Below are positions 1 to 12,498 of a stretch of DNA of 52,238 bases, in pieces. The translations under genes were made by a program, and so were the position numbers. Under the pieces are notes generated by a model. It saw only the letters and a program-made list of their open reading frames with translations, was not told where the DNA came from and did no database searches. The DNA comes from Deltaproteobacteria bacterium (GTDB lineage Bacteria > Myxococcota_A > UBA9160 > SMWR01). The stretch covers positions 1-52,238 of the forward strand of contig JAQBHB010000076.1 in assembly GCA_032128115.1 (NCBI GenBank), written 5' to 3'. Numbering within the stretch: the first letter of the stretch is position 1; every line of letters begins with the position of its first letter.

Positions 1-167
1 CGGGCGACGGTCTCCGGCGCCCCGCTCTTCGACACGATACACGCCATGAGATCCTGCCACGACTTGTCGAACGATTCGGCGCCCTCGCGCTGAAGCTGTG
101 CGGCAAGTGCCGCGCTGTCGACACCGATGCGCGTGAATTCGGCGAGCCTCTCGTCGGCGTCGCCTCC
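1..167 (-). other. Transaldolase C-terminal-like segment, in frame with cheA (chimeric junction)
   Basis: The cheA frame continues as GGDADERLAEFTRIGVDSAALAAQLQREGAESFDKSWQDLMACIVSKS. This resembles the C-terminal helices of bacterial transaldolases (GxDxxxLAxxLQxEGAxxFxKSWxxL), not the CheA kinase domain. Confidence 0.65.
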
Positions 168-797
168 CACCACCCGGTCCATGCGGTCGAGTCCTCTCGT
201 CAGGCCCGCGGTGCGCTTGGCGCTGGATTCGGCGGCCGTGCGCAGCTGGCTCGAGTTCAGGATGACCTCGCCCACGGTGCTCAGGAAGCGATCCAGGGTC
301 TCCGTCTGGACGCGCACCGAAGGCGGGGGAGTCGGGGAAACCAGGGCCTCGGGCACATCGCGCGGCGCCCGATTCAGGGAGCTGGGCTCAGGGCTTTTTT
401 TTTTCGAGGAGTCGGCGGCGAGAAGCGGGCCGTCGGCCAGGGCGGCGGCGAGCGCTGGATTGGCAGGGGGGTTCTCCCCCGTGTCGCGCACCCGCGCGAT
501 CATGGACTCCAGCGCCTCCATGCCGCGGAAAAGCAGCGCCGTCTGTTCGTCGCCGGCCAGGCGGCCGCGGTTGCGGGCGTGCTGCATCAGATCCTCGAGG
601 CCGTGGGCCACCTCGGTGATCGAGTCATAGTTCAGGGTGGCTGCCATTCCCTTGATGGAGTGGGCCATGCGCAGAACCGTGTCGATGTCCTCGGCGCATA
701 CCGGCTTCTTCTCGAGGCGGAGCAGCGCGGCGCTCATCTCGGAGAGGTGCTCCGTGGCTTCCTCGAGGAAGATCCCGCGGTACTTGCTCATGTCCAC
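165..797 (-). CDS. cheA: Chemotaxis histidine kinase CheA (DifE-like), N-terminal part: Hpt (P1) + linker + start of dimerization domain; CheA-like sequence stops at about nt 165
   Basis: Not in ORF track (frame runs off the window). Manual translation from GTG 797/ATG 791: MDMSKYRGIFLEEATEHLSEM...RMAHSIKGMAA (Hpt His) ...SVRVQTETLDRFLSTVGEVIL (dimerization helix). Follows MCP-cheW-cheY. Confidence 0.9.
395..404 (-). repeat. A10 homopolymer (T10 on + strand) inside cheA
   Basis: The + strand reads gggc-tttttttttt-cgagg; the tract encodes KKK in the Hpt linker. It is the only such long A/T run I saw in this GC-rich window. Confidence 0.95.
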
Positions 798-806
798 GGG
801 CGCTAC

Positions 807-1175
807 TCAGCCGTCGCTGCCCAGGACCTTGGCCAGGGTGCCCAGCACGCTTTCGGGCTTGAACGGCTTCACGATGAAGTCGCGCGCACCCGCCTCGAGC
901 GCCTCGGTCACCAGTGCCTCCTGGCCCAGCGCACTACACATCACCACGCGCGCCGCCTCGTCCAGCTTGATGATGCTGCGCACCGCGTCGATCCCGGAAC
1001 ACCGGGGCATCACGATGTCCATGGTCACCAGGTCGGGCTGCAGCTTCTTGTACTCTTCCACCGCGTCGATCCCATCGGACGCTTCGCCCACCACTTCGTG
1101 TCCGCCAGACTCCAGGATCTCCCGGATCATCTGGCGCATGAAGGACGCATCGTCCGCCACCAATACTCGAGCCAT
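807..1175 (-). CDS. cheY: CheY-family response regulator (DifD-like)
   Basis: VLVADD, MDIVMP (phospho-Asp), CSA, FIVKPF; 122-aa single receiver domain. Confidence 0.93.
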   Translation of the reverse strand: MARVLVADDASFMRQMIREILESGGHEVVGEASDGIDAVEEYKKLQPDLVTMDIVMPRCSGIDAVRSIIKLDEAARVVMCSALGQEALVTEALEAGARDFIVKPFKPESVLGTLAKVLGSDG

Positions 1176-1263
1176 GGTCTCGTCTCCTCCGAACTCGAAC
1201 TCTCGAGGTCCGCCTTCGGACCTCCCAGACCCTTCGACTGCCGGAACTCCCGGGCGCCGCGCA

Positions 1264-1731
1264 CTAATCCTTTCGAGCCGATGCTCCCTCGATCACCTCT
1301 CGCGCCCGGGCCAACAGACGCTGCGGATCCAGGATGCTCACCAGGCGCCCGTCGATGGAGCGCCGCGCGGCAACCGGATCCGAGCTCCGCGACACGACGC
1401 CGCTCCCGTCCACCAGACCCAGCACCCGATCCACCGGCACCCCCAGGTGGATTCCCGTCGACGCCCGGTCGTTGACCACCAGCACGTGGGCAGGTTCGGG
1501 AAGCTCGGCCTCGTCCACGTCGAACAGCGACGAGCGCCGGATCACCGGCAGGGCGTCACCGTGGTGATTGCTGACGCCCGCCACGCTCCGCGGAAGCATG
1601 GGAATGCACGCGACAGATTCCACCTCCACGACCTCGATCACTCCGGTGATGGGAAGCGCGTAGACCACGCCGCCCACCTCGAAGGTGAGCAGTCGTTCGC
1701 CGCTGTCGGGAAGTGCGAGAGCATCGCTCAT
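1264..1731 (-). CDS. cheW: CheW coupling protein (DifC-like)
   Basis: [43 protein letters not shown]; overlaps the MCP stop (ATGA). Confidence 0.88.
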   Translation of the reverse strand: MSDALALPDSGERLLTFEVGGVVYALPITGVIEVVEVESVACIPMLPRSVAGVSNHHGDALPVIRRSSLFDVDEAELPEPAHVLVVNDRASTGIHLGVPVDRVLGLVDGSGVVSRSSDPVAARRSIDGRLVSILDPQRLLARAREVIEGASARKD

Positions 1732-3029
1732 GCGTTCTCCTCATCGGTGCGCCACTCCCCCGTGTCGAAGCGGCGCAAAGCCTCCCGCAACTCCTCGGCC
1801 AGAGCCGACAGCGACTCGGTCGACGACACCATCTCGGTCATGGATGTGACCTGCTCCCGCGACGTATCCGCCACGCCGGAGAGGTTGTCCGCATTGCCGC
1901 CGGCAACCTTCGCCAGATCGTCCATGGAGTCGACCATGCGCTCCAGGTCCCGGGTGTGGGAGTCGGTACCGTGAAAGATCTCCTCGGAGCGCGACGCCGC
2001 TTCGCTCACCGCCGAACGGATGTGCTCGAGGGAGTGGGCCATGGTGTCCATGTCCTCGCGCCCCTCCTTCACGCCAAGACTCGACTCCCGCATCTCGTCG
2101 GAGACCTGGTTGGTCTCCGTCTGGATCTCGTGGATGAGCTTCGAGATCTCCTCGGCGCTCTCGCCGGCGCTCTCGGCGAGTTTGCGGATCTCGTCGGCCA
2201 CCACCGCAAAGCCGCGACCGGCCTCGCCCGCCCGGGCCGCCTCGATGGAAGCATTGAGCGAGAGCAGATTCGTACTGTTGGCGACACTGGTGATGATCGA
2301 GGTGATCTGGCCCACGTGATAGGTCTTCTCCTGGAGCTGAAAGACCCGCTTCACCGACTTCTCGACCCGCTCGAACACCAGGCGCATCTTCTCGATGGCC
2401 AACCGCGCCACGTCCACTCCCATGTTCGCCTTCTGGCTGGCCTCGGCGGCGAACCCGAACGCCTCGCGCGCGCGCGAGGCGTTCAACTCGATGGTGGACG
2501 CGATCTCATGGATCAGGCGGTTCGCGTCCTGGAGCAGCTTCTGCTGCTCGGCCACGGACTCCGCCAGGCTGGCTACGGTGGAGGCGATCGCCCCGTTGTT
2601 TCCGCTCACGTGCTGCGCCGAGCGTGTCAGCTCATGTGCCGCACCCGAAAGCTGGTCGGACGTGGCCTGCACGTGCTCCACCAGGCCCCGCAGGCTCGCC
2701 AGCATGCTCTGGATGCTGGTGGCGAGAGCATGGGTCTCGTCCGGGAAGCGCGGATTGGGATCGACATCGATGCGAGCGTTGAGATCACCGCGCCGGATCT
2801 GCTCGGTGGCCGAGTGCAGCCCCCCCAGGGTCCGGGTCAGCTGGCGCGACAGTACGAATCCGATCAGGCCGCCCGCCACCAGGGCCACCACCGGAGCCAG
2901 GCCATCGGCGCCCAGCCCCAGGCCGGCCAGAAGGCGTGGAAACACCACCACGGCGGCCGCCACCAGCAGCGACGCCACCACGAACTTTTGTGTGAGCGGG
3001 ACCCGCACGCTCTGCGTATCGGAGGTCAT
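1728..3029 (-). CDS. Methyl-accepting chemotaxis protein, two closely spaced TM helices + HAMP + MA domain (DifA-like)
   Basis: Two N-terminal hydrophobic segments with almost no loop between them; HAMP (GDLNARI...DETHALA); hairpin [34 protein letters not shown]. Confidence 0.93.
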   Translation of the reverse strand: MTSDTQSVRVPLTQKFVVASLLVAAAVVVFPRLLAGLGLGADGLAPVVALVAGGLIGFVLSRQLTRTLGGLHSATEQIRRGDLNARIDVDPNPRFPDETHALATSIQSMLASLRGLVEHVQATSDQLSGAAHELTRSAQHVSGNNGAIASTVASLAESVAEQQKLLQDANRLIHEIASTIELNASRAREAFGFAAEASQKANMGVDVARLAIEKMRLVFERVEKSVKRVFQLQEKTYHVGQITSIITSVANSTNLLSLNASIEAARAGEAGRGFAVVADEIRKLAESAGESAEEISKLIHEIQTETNQVSDEMRESSLGVKEGREDMDTMAHSLEHIRSAVSEAASRSEEIFHGTDSHTRDLERMVDSMDDLAKVAGGNADNLSGVADTSREQVTSMTEMVSSTESLSALAEELREALRRFDTGEWRTDEENA

Positions 3030-3124
3030 CGGTTGCAGCTTGATGTCCCGGATCCCGGGAAATACTCAGAAAATCGAGAGCTTGCGCCTTCGCACCCGAT
3101 CGCCGCCAGGCGCTGCCCAGAGCC

Positions 3125-4084
3125 TCAGAAGTGGCGCCAGCCGCCTCGTGGGGCCCCCCGGCGCAAGCCGCGCCGAGCTTCCACCACACGGCCGATTTCG
3201 GTCACCGGGACGCCCAGGCGCCGCGAAAGCACCGAGACGGCGGGGCCCCGGGGCCGCAGGCTGAACAGCAGCTCGTAGTCCTCTCCCCCGCCCCGCACCA
3301 GACGCGCCGGATCCAGGCGCAGGCGGCGACAGGCGGCCGCGAAGCCCCGGGGACGGGGAATCTTGTCCGGATCCAGGTCCGCGTCCAGAGCATGGGCCGG
3401 AGCCGCGGCGCCCAGCAGGTGGGCGAGGTCGGCCTCGAGACCGTCCGAGACGTCGATGCAGCCCCCCACCTGGGAGATCCGGGCCAGGGCCCGGCCGGCG
3501 GCCAGGCGCGGCGTGGGCACCCGGCGCAGGCGGGCGATGCCGCGTTCGGCCCGGGCCAGGGCCAGGGCGGCGGCGCCCAGCTCTCCCGTCACGAACAGGC
3601 GGTCGCCGGCGCGGGCGCCGCTGCGGGTCAGGGCCCGTCCCCGGGGTACGGCGCCCAGAACGCACAAGGTGATCGAGGTCTCGCGGCCAGAGCTCAGATT
3701 TCCGCCCACCAGCGGGCAGGCGTGGGTCGCCCCCTCCCGCAGCAGGCCGGCCACCAACCCGTCCAGACGCGCCACGGCGAGCGTGGGCGGCGCCACCAGG
3801 GCACAGGTCACCCCCAGCGGGCGCGCGCCCATGGCGGCCAGGTCCGATAGGGCGGCGGCCAGGGCCCGTCGCCCAATGGTGTTGGGAGTCTGGGTGCGCC
3901 AGCGGAAATGCACGCCTTCCACCGACGCGTCGGTGCTCACCACCACGTCCTCGCCGGTCCGGGAGCGCAAGACGGCGGCGTCGTCGCCGATCCCCAACAC
4001 CACGCCGCGCGCAAGGCCCAAACGGCGCGCGCTGCGCTCGATGCGCCGGATCAGTCCAAACTCGCCCAGATCGCGAAGCTGCAC
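3125..4084 (-). CDS. thiL: Thiamine-monophosphate kinase
   Basis: GEFGLI, GIGDDAAV, EGVHF, LSDLAAMGARP, IDVSDGL, GGEDYELLF, GWRHF. Confidence 0.95.
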   Translation of the reverse strand: MQLRDLGEFGLIRRIERSARRLGLARGVVLGIGDDAAVLRSRTGEDVVVSTDASVEGVHFRWRTQTPNTIGRRALAAALSDLAAMGARPLGVTCALVAPPTLAVARLDGLVAGLLREGATHACPLVGGNLSSGRETSITLCVLGAVPRGRALTRSGARAGDRLFVTGELGAAALALARAERGIARLRRVPTPRLAAGRALARISQVGGCIDVSDGLEADLAHLLGAAAPAHALDADLDPDKIPRPRGFAAACRRLRLDPARLVRGGGEDYELLFSLRPRGPAVSVLSRRLGVPVTEIGRVVEARRGLRRGAPRGGWRHF

Positions 4085-4131
4085 ACGCGCAAGGTTACGA
4101 TACTCCAGCCGCGCTGGATCTAGCGGTGTCG

Positions 4132-6546
4132 CTACTTCAGCTTGGCCGAGGTGATGGGCGTGCGGGTCGACGTGCGGCGGCGCGTAGGCGCTTCGGAGAC
4201 CGGAAGCGGGGTCGGCGGCGACTCCAGGGCGGCTGCCAGCACTTCGCTCATGTGATCCACGGGGACCAGGGTGAGGCCGCGCTTCATCTCGCGCGGAATC
4301 TCCTTCAGGTCGATCAGGTTCTTGCGCGGCAGGATCACGTGGGTGATTCCGGCGCGCAGGGCGGCCAAGGTCTTCTCGCGCACGCCTCCCACCGGCAGCA
4401 CCCGGCCCCGCAGCGTGACCTCACCGGTCATGGCGACCCCGACGCGCACCGGCGTGCGGGTTGCCAACGACGTGAGCGCCGTGGCGATGGCGATGCCCGC
4501 CGAAGGACCGTCCTTGGGAATCGCGCCCGCGGGCACGTGCACGTGCACCTCGTGTCGAGAGAAAAGCGCCTCGTCGAAGCCCAGCAAGGTGCTGTTGGTC
4601 CGCACCCACGTGAGCGCTGCCTGGCCCGACTCCTTCATCACGTCGCCCAGCTGGCCGGTCAGCATGATGCCGGTGCCGCGAGTCAGGGTGGTTTCCACCG
4701 TCAGCGTTTCGCCGCCGGCCTCGGTCCACGCCAGCCCACAGGCCACACCCACCTCGCCCACGGTCTCCCGCGGTTCCGGCAGGAAGGGGGGCGGCCCCAG
4801 CAGCTTCGTAAGGGTCCGCTTGTTCACCAGGGACCGGGCCTTGTCGCCCTCGGCGGCGCGCCGGGCCGACTTGCGACACACGGCGGCGATCCGCCGCTCG
4901 AGTCCGCGCACACCCGCCTCGCGGGTATAGCCCGTCACAATGTCGCGAATCACACCCGCCGACCAGTGGATGCGGTCCGGCGGAAGTCCGTGCTCCTTCA
5001 CCTGTCGCGGCACCAGGAACGATGTGGCGATCTCGACCTTCTCCTCCGGCGTATAGCCGGTGAGTTGGATCACCTCCATGCGGTCGCGCAGCGGGCGCGG
5101 CACCGGGTCCAGCAGGTTGGCAGTGGCGATGAACAGCACCGTCGAAAGATCGAAGGGAACGTTCAGGTAGTGATCGCTGAAATGCGAGTTCTGCTCCGGG
5201 TCGAGCACCTCGAGCAGCGCCGACGACGGGTCGCCGCGAAAGTCGGAGCCCAGCTTGTCGATCTCGTCCAGCATGAAGACGGGATTGTTGGTGCCCGCCT
5301 GTTTCAGACCCTGGATGATACGGCCGGGAAGCGCCCCCACGTAGGTGCGGCGGTGTCCGCGGATCTCGGCTTCGTCGCGCATGCCGCCCAGGGAAATGCG
5401 CACGAACTCCCGTCCCATGGCCCGGGCGATGGAGCGCCCCAGCGAGGTCTTGCCCACGCCCGGCGGTCCCGCGAGGCAGAGGATGGGGCCCCGCGAATCG
5501 CCGCGGAGCTTGCACACGCCGAGATACTCGAGGATGCGCTCCTTGATGCCGCGCAGATGGGCGTGGTCCTGGTCGAGGATCTCGCCCGCGCTCTTCAGGT
5601 CGAGCCGGTCGGGAGAGCTCTGGGACCAGGGAAGCTCCACCATCCAATCGAGATAGCAGCGCACCACCTGGGCCTCGGGGCCCTCGGGATGCATGCGCTC
5701 CAGGCGCCGCACCTGTCGCATGGCCTCGGCCAGGGGCTCCTCGGGAATCCCCGCTTCCTCGACCTTGGTGCGATATTCCTCGGCTTCCTCGATGCGCGGA
5801 TCGGTCTCGCCCAGCTCGGCCTGGATCGCTCGCAGCTGTTCGCGCAGGTAGGCCTCGCGCTGACCGCGGCTCATCTCGTCCTGGGCCTGGGACTGGATCT
5901 CGGCCTGCACGGCCGTCACGTCCAGCTCGCGACGCAACAGGGCGTCCACCCGCCGCAGGCGCGCCAGCGGATCGACGATCTCGAGGATCTCCTGGGCCTC
6001 GGCCAGGCGAAGCTTCAGGTTCGAGGCCACCAGGTCTGCCAGGCGCCCGGGCTCCTGGACGGTGGAGGTAACCGAGAGCACCTCGGGCGGAAGATTCTTG
6101 AGGGGAAGCAGCTCCTCGACCCGGGAGCGCACGGTGCGCACCAGTGCCTCACTCTCGACGTTCCAGTCGCCCTCCTCGTCCGGCTCGATGGGCGTAACCC
6201 GAACCCAGGTGGCGCGCGCCGACTCGACGAAGGCGTCGATGGAGGCCTTCGACAGCCCCTGCACCAGTACCTTGGCGCGCCCGTCGGACATGCGGAGGAT
6301 GCGCAGCACCATCACGACGGTGCCCACCCGGTAGAGATCGTCGGGCTCCGGATCTTCGATCTCGGCGTCGCGCTGAGCCACGAGCAGCATCAGCCGATCG
6401 CCGGCCATGGCCTCTTCCACCGCCGCTATCGACCGCTCGCGGGCGACGAACAGCGGGAGGACCATGTAGGGGAAGACCACCAGCTCCCGGAGAGGAACCA
6501 GCGGCAGCTCATCGGGGATCGAGAACAGCGACGGTGCGTCTTCCAT
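4132..6546 (-). CDS. lon: ATP-dependent protease Lon (endopeptidase La)
   Basis: LON-N ([13 protein letters not shown]), Walker [29 protein letters not shown] catalytic Ser; start placed at ATG 6546 (MEDAPS). Confidence 0.96.
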   Translation of the reverse strand: MEDAPSLFSIPDELPLVPLRELVVFPYMVLPLFVARERSIAAVEEAMAGDRLMLLVAQRDAEIEDPEPDDLYRVGTVVMVLRILRMSDGRAKVLVQGLSKASIDAFVESARATWVRVTPIEPDEEGDWNVESEALVRTVRSRVEELLPLKNLPPEVLSVTSTVQEPGRLADLVASNLKLRLAEAQEILEIVDPLARLRRVDALLRRELDVTAVQAEIQSQAQDEMSRGQREAYLREQLRAIQAELGETDPRIEEAEEYRTKVEEAGIPEEPLAEAMRQVRRLERMHPEGPEAQVVRCYLDWMVELPWSQSSPDRLDLKSAGEILDQDHAHLRGIKERILEYLGVCKLRGDSRGPILCLAGPPGVGKTSLGRSIARAMGREFVRISLGGMRDEAEIRGHRRTYVGALPGRIIQGLKQAGTNNPVFMLDEIDKLGSDFRGDPSSALLEVLDPEQNSHFSDHYLNVPFDLSTVLFIATANLLDPVPRPLRDRMEVIQLTGYTPEEKVEIATSFLVPRQVKEHGLPPDRIHWSAGVIRDIVTGYTREAGVRGLERRIAAVCRKSARRAAEGDKARSLVNKRTLTKLLGPPPFLPEPRETVGEVGVACGLAWTEAGGETLTVETTLTRGTGIMLTGQLGDVMKESGQAALTWVRTNSTLLGFDEALFSRHEVHVHVPAGAIPKDGPSAGIAIATALTSLATRTPVRVGVAMTGEVTLRGRVLPVGGVREKTLAALRAGITHVILPRKNLIDLKEIPREMKRGLTLVPVDHMSEVLAAALESPPTPLPVSEAPTRRRTSTRTPITSAKLK

Positions 6547-6590
6547 GCCTGGGTTTTCGACCCGGCGAACACACAGCTTTAGACGCTGGA

Positions 6591-8648
6591 CTACTCGATC
6601 TGCACGATCCGGCCGCCTTCCACCTCGAGCAGGAAGGGTCGTTTGTGGGCGTTGCCGTCCGGGCGCATGGAGAGGATTCCGGTGACGCCCGGATAGCCCC
6701 GGGTCGAGAGCATGCCGTCGCGGACCGCCTCGCGGGACCCCAGACGCCGGGCCATCTGCACCAGCACCAGATTGGCCGCATCGAAGCCCTGGGCGGCGAA
6801 CACGTCGGGCGCGGACGCGAAGGTCCGCTGATAGCGATCGCTGAATTCGCGCACGAACGGGAGCGTGCTGTCCGGGTAGAACTGCGCCGTGAAGAGTGCA
6901 CCCTCCAGGTGCTTGCGCGCGAGGCCCACCAGATCCGGGTGGTACCAACCGTTGGGTCCCAGCAGTCGTGCGCCGGTCGCCTCGTGGTAGGCCAGCTGTG
7001 GGGCGATCAGCACCACCTTCTCGTGCGAATCAGGAATGAACAGGGCATCGAAGTCGACGATGGGCGGCAACGGCTCGCCTTCGGGGCCGGTCATGGCCAG
7101 CGCCTCTCCGCGAAGTGCCAGGGCCTCTTCCGGGGCCAGCCGCCTGGCGCGTTGCCGCATGGCGTTGCGCTCCTTGATCAGCGCCTTTTCCTCCGCGGTG
7201 AGCAGCATGTAGCCCACCAGGCGCCGGATGGGCGCCGCGAAATCGGTGGCCTCCGGGTCGTACGAGGCCACGCCCACCACCGCGCCGCCCTGCTCTTCCA
7301 CCGCGTCCCAGAACAGGTCGCGCAGGCCGCGCCCGAAGGCGTCGCGCGGGTAGAGGATGGCGAACGTGAGCGCACCCAGGTCCCGGATGGAGTGGTCCAC
7401 CAGCAGCTGCACCTCTTCCTGGGGCATGGTGCGCACGCGAAACACGAAGGGCCGTTCGCGCGCCACTTCGCGGCGAGCGGAGAGCGCCACGAGCGGCACG
7501 CCCAGCGCCTCGGCGGCTTCGGCCGCCGCCTCGCTCTCGCCCGCCAGCAGCGGTCCCACGATGGCGGTCACCGAATCGTCGCCCGCCAGCTCGCGAACGG
7601 CCGCGGCGGCCCGATCCGGACGCCCGCCGGAGTCGCGGATCAAGAGGCGCACACCCGACCGGTTGCGGGGGTCGGCCATGGACTCGGACCCGGCACCGAA
7701 GATACCCGTGGCCAGCAGGATGCCGTGCAGGCTCTCCGCGCCGAAGCTCGCGAAGCGGCCCGTGAGCGGGAGTACGACGCCCAGGGTGCCGGAGGCTTGG
7801 GACGTGGAGGGGGGCTCCCGGCTCGACATCTGGGCGAACGTGGGGAGATCGGACAGGTCGGGCGGTCCCTCTTCGCGCAGGCGCAGACGCTCGCGCGACG
7901 CGCGCAGACGACCGGCGTACTGGGGGGGCATGGGCAGGCTCTCGGCGCGCTCCAGGGCCTCGCGAGCTTCACGCGCCTCGCCCGCATCCATGGCGCGCTC
8001 CGCCACCAGCAACTGGATGCGGGCGGCCGGAATCTCGGCGTCGATGCGTCGGGCGGCGCGTCCCAGATCGCGTGCGTCGAGACTCTGGAGGATCTCGTCG
8101 ATCTCCACGTCGATCAGGGCCACCGAATCCAGATCGGACTCGGCCGCGCGCAGCTTCGAGAGCCAGTGCAGGCGCGCCACCGGATCCGAGAGCACGTCGG
8201 CCAGCACCCGGTAGGCCAGCAGCTGGTCGTCGGGCGGAAGCCGGTCGATGCGCACACGACCCATCAGACGCGCGGCGTCGCCGGCGCTGCCCCGTTCGGT
8301 CTCGAGCGTGGCCGCCCGCACCCGTGCCGCGTCGCTGCGGTCGCCGCCGCCGTGCTCGCGAATCACGAAGTAGTAGCGCTCGAGCGCGGCCTCGCGATCG
8401 CCCCGATCCCGCTCGAGCCCGGCCAGCGCCATGGCAGCATCGTCGGCCAGCGGACTGCCGGGCCAGGCGTTCAGGAAGTCCTTCAGGCTTTCGGCCGCCA
8501 CGTCCGGGTTGTCGTCAACACTGGCGAGCGCCCCGGCCAGGGCCCGGCGCTCCTCGTCGCTCGCCTCCGGTCGCGCCAGACGATCCAGGCCCGCACAGGC
8601 GCCAATCCAGAGGGCCAGCAAGATCAGGGCGAGCAGGGGACTCCGCAC
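6591..8648 (-). CDS. Penicillin-binding protein activator LpoA-like lipoprotein (TPR + periplasmic binding fold)
   Basis: Lipobox-like LWIGAC after GTG 8648; TPR-like N-terminus; GVVLPLTGRFA, IVGPLL, FDALFIPD, GVTGILS. Confidence 0.8.
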   Translation of the reverse strand: MRSPLLALILLALWIGACAGLDRLARPEASDEERRALAGALASVDDNPDVAAESLKDFLNAWPGSPLADDAAMALAGLERDRGDREAALERYYFVIREHGGGDRSDAARVRAATLETERGSAGDAARLMGRVRIDRLPPDDQLLAYRVLADVLSDPVARLHWLSKLRAAESDLDSVALIDVEIDEILQSLDARDLGRAARRIDAEIPAARIQLLVAERAMDAGEAREAREALERAESLPMPPQYAGRLRASRERLRLREEGPPDLSDLPTFAQMSSREPPSTSQASGTLGVVLPLTGRFASFGAESLHGILLATGIFGAGSESMADPRNRSGVRLLIRDSGGRPDRAAAAVRELAGDDSVTAIVGPLLAGESEAAAEAAEALGVPLVALSARREVARERPFVFRVRTMPQEEVQLLVDHSIRDLGALTFAILYPRDAFGRGLRDLFWDAVEEQGGAVVGVASYDPEATDFAAPIRRLVGYMLLTAEEKALIKERNAMRQRARRLAPEEALALRGEALAMTGPEGEPLPPIVDFDALFIPDSHEKVVLIAPQLAYHEATGARLLGPNGWYHPDLVGLARKHLEGALFTAQFYPDSTLPFVREFSDRYQRTFASAPDVFAAQGFDAANLVLVQMARRLGSREAVRDGMLSTRGYPGVTGILSMRPDGNAHKRPFLLEVEGGRIVQIE

Positions 8649-8650
8649 GG

Positions 8651-9766
8651 CTACTCGAACAGGTCCCGGAGCTTGTCGAGAAAACCCTTGGTCACCGGCG
8701 ACGTGTCGGTTCCGGTCGCCTCGGCAAACTTCTCCAACAGCTCGCGCTGTTTCGACGTGAGTCGCGTGGGAACCTCGACGAAGATGTGGACCAGCTGGTC
8801 GCCGCGCGTCGACGAGCGCACGCTGGGCAACCCCTTTCCCCGCAGCCGCATCACCTTCCCCGACTGGGTTCCCTCCGGCACCTTGAGCTTGACCACGCCC
8901 TCGAGGGTGGGCGCCTCGATCTCCGCGCCCAGAGCGGCCTGTGCAAACGCCACGGGCACGCCGCAGTGGATGTCCGAGCCCTGACGGTCGAACATCTCGT
9001 GGTCGCGTACGTTGATCACCACATAGAGGTCGCCCGGCGGGCCGCCGGCGATGCCCGCCTCGCCCTCCCCGCCGACCCGCAACCGCATCCCGTCCTCGAC
9101 ACCGGGGGGTACCTTCACCTTGATGCTGTGGATCCCCTCGGTGCGCCCCGAGCCGCGGCAATCAATGCAGCGCTCCCGCACGATCTCGCCGGCGCCAGCA
9201 CAAACGTCACAGGGGCGGCTGATGCGGAAGAAGCCCTGCTGCAACACCGTCTGGCCAGACCCGGCGCAGCGACCACACATCTCGGGCCGCGTACCCGGCG
9301 CCGCACCCGAGCCCTCACAGGTATTGCACGCCCGGGTCTTGGGAATCTTGATGTTGGACTCGATGCCCTCGAGCACGTCGTGGAGCTGGATCTCCAGGTT
9401 GTAGCGGAGATCGGCGCCGCGCTGACCACGACCCCGGCGCCCGGCCGTGCGCCCGCCGAAGACGCCCCCGAACAGATCGTTGAACAGATCCGTGAAATTT
9501 CCCAGATCACCCAGGTCGCCGAAACCGCCAGGAGCCCCTGCGCCGACTCCGTCGAAGCCGAAGCGGTTGTACGCGCGTCGCTTTTCTGCGTCGGAGAGCA
9601 CGGCGTAGGCCTCGGAGGCCTCTTTGAAGCGATCCTCGGCGTCCGGGTCGTCGGGATTGCGGTCCGGGTGATGCTGAAGGGCCAGCTTGCGGTAGGCCTG
9701 CTTCAGCTCGGTCGCGTCGGCACTGCGCGCGACGCCGAGAACCTCGTAGTAGTCGCGTTTCGCCAC
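8651..9766 (-). CDS. dnaJ: Chaperone DnaJ
   Basis: [12 protein letters not shown] motif, G/F region, four CxxCxGxG repeats; GTG start 9766. Confidence 0.97.
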   Translation of the reverse strand: MAKRDYYEVLGVARSADATELKQAYRKLALQHHPDRNPDDPDAEDRFKEASEAYAVLSDAEKRRAYNRFGFDGVGAGAPGGFGDLGDLGNFTDLFNDLFGGVFGGRTAGRRGRGQRGADLRYNLEIQLHDVLEGIESNIKIPKTRACNTCEGSGAAPGTRPEMCGRCAGSGQTVLQQGFFRISRPCDVCAGAGEIVRERCIDCRGSGRTEGIHSIKVKVPPGVEDGMRLRVGGEGEAGIAGGPPGDLYVVINVRDHEMFDRQGSDIHCGVPVAFAQAALGAEIEAPTLEGVVKLKVPEGTQSGKVMRLRGKGLPSVRSSTRGDQLVHIFVEVPTRLTSKQRELLEKFAEATGTDTSPVTKGFLDKLRDLFE

Positions 9767-9818
9767 TGCAAGGTCCTCGATGGCAGCGACGGCGAAGACC
9801 GACGGAGGCGAGCCGAGG

Positions 9819-11642
<1,824 letters not shown>

Positions 11643-11697
11643 TGAGCCTCACCCCTCTCCGTGCAATCGTTCCCGTGGGAGAGGCGTGTGGCGGAGG

Positions 11698-12498
11698 CTA
11701 GTCCTCGGCACCTCCGTCTCCCGTCTCCCGCGCTTCCGACCCGAGCTCCCCGGCGACTCCCTGGTCGTCTTCGACCGGCTCGACTTCCGGCTCCGGCGCC
11801 CCACTCCCTTGCGGAGCCTGGGCCACGATCACCCTCGCGGGCCGGATCAGCCGGCTCCGCAGCTGATATCCCTTCTCCAACACCTGGACGACCGTATTCG
11901 GAGCCACCGAGTCGTCCGGCGCCTGGGCCATTGCCTCGTGGAGCGACGGGTCGAACGGTTTGCCGGCCGCCTCGATCTCGAAAACTCCGTGCTTGCCGAG
12001 TGCGCCCAGCACCTCGCGCTGGACCAGTTCGACGCCCTGCAACAGGCTTTCCGAGTCCCCGCCACCGCCCTCGCGCGCTCTTCGCGCGTGATCAATGGCC
12101 CGATCCAGGTTATCGACCGAAGAAAGCAGGTCCTTGACGAGATTCTGGTGGCCGTATTGGCGATCCTCGGTCCTCTCCTTCAACGCGCGCCGGCGGAAAT
12201 TCTCGAAGTCGGCCTGCATCCGCATCAGGCGATCGTGGGCCAGCTCGGCCTCGGCCCGCAGCTTCTCCATCTCATCGCCTGCGGGGCCCGGGGCCTCGTC
12301 TCCGTCGCTCTCCGGTGCTGCGCCGTGGGCCACCCGACCCGTCTCGTCCAGGGCTTCGGCGGCCTCGCGCAGGGCCTCTTCCAGGGCCGGGTTGCTCGCC
12401 AGCGTGCCCTCGGACTCCTCCATGAGCGACTCCATGCCCTCGCTCTCGGCTCCCGATTCTCTTTTGGCTCCCGATTCTCGTCTGGATCTGGGCGTCAC
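11698..12498 (-). CDS. grpE: Nucleotide exchange factor GrpE
   Basis: ADFENFRRR, DNLDRA, FDPSLHEA, KGYQLRSRLIRPARV; GTG start overlaps the hrcA stop (alternative ATG near 12435). Confidence 0.95.
   Translation of the reverse strand: MTPRSRRESGAKRESGAESEGMESLMEESEGTLASNPALEEALREAAEALDETGRVAHGAAPESDGDEAPGPAGDEMEKLRAEAELAHDRLMRMQADFENFRRRALKERTEDRQYGHQNLVKDLLSSVDNLDRAIDHARRAREGGGGDSESLLQGVELVQREVLGALGKHGVFEIEAAGKPFDPSLHEAMAQAPDDSVAPNTVVQVLEKGYQLRSRLIRPARVIVAQAPQGSGAPEPEVEPVEDDQGVAGELGSEARETGDGGAED
12448..12479. repeat. Direct repeat GGCTCCCGATTCTC x2 (18-bp period) in the grpE 5' end
   Basis: Copies at 12448-12461 and 12466-12479; encodes RESGAKRESGA. Confidence 0.85.

Noticed and set aside
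4126..8984. Long + strand ORFs (818 and 816 aa) opposite lon and the lpoA-like gene, and similar shadows throughout the window
   Set aside because: No recognisable motifs; expected in high-GC DNA with strong third-position bias.
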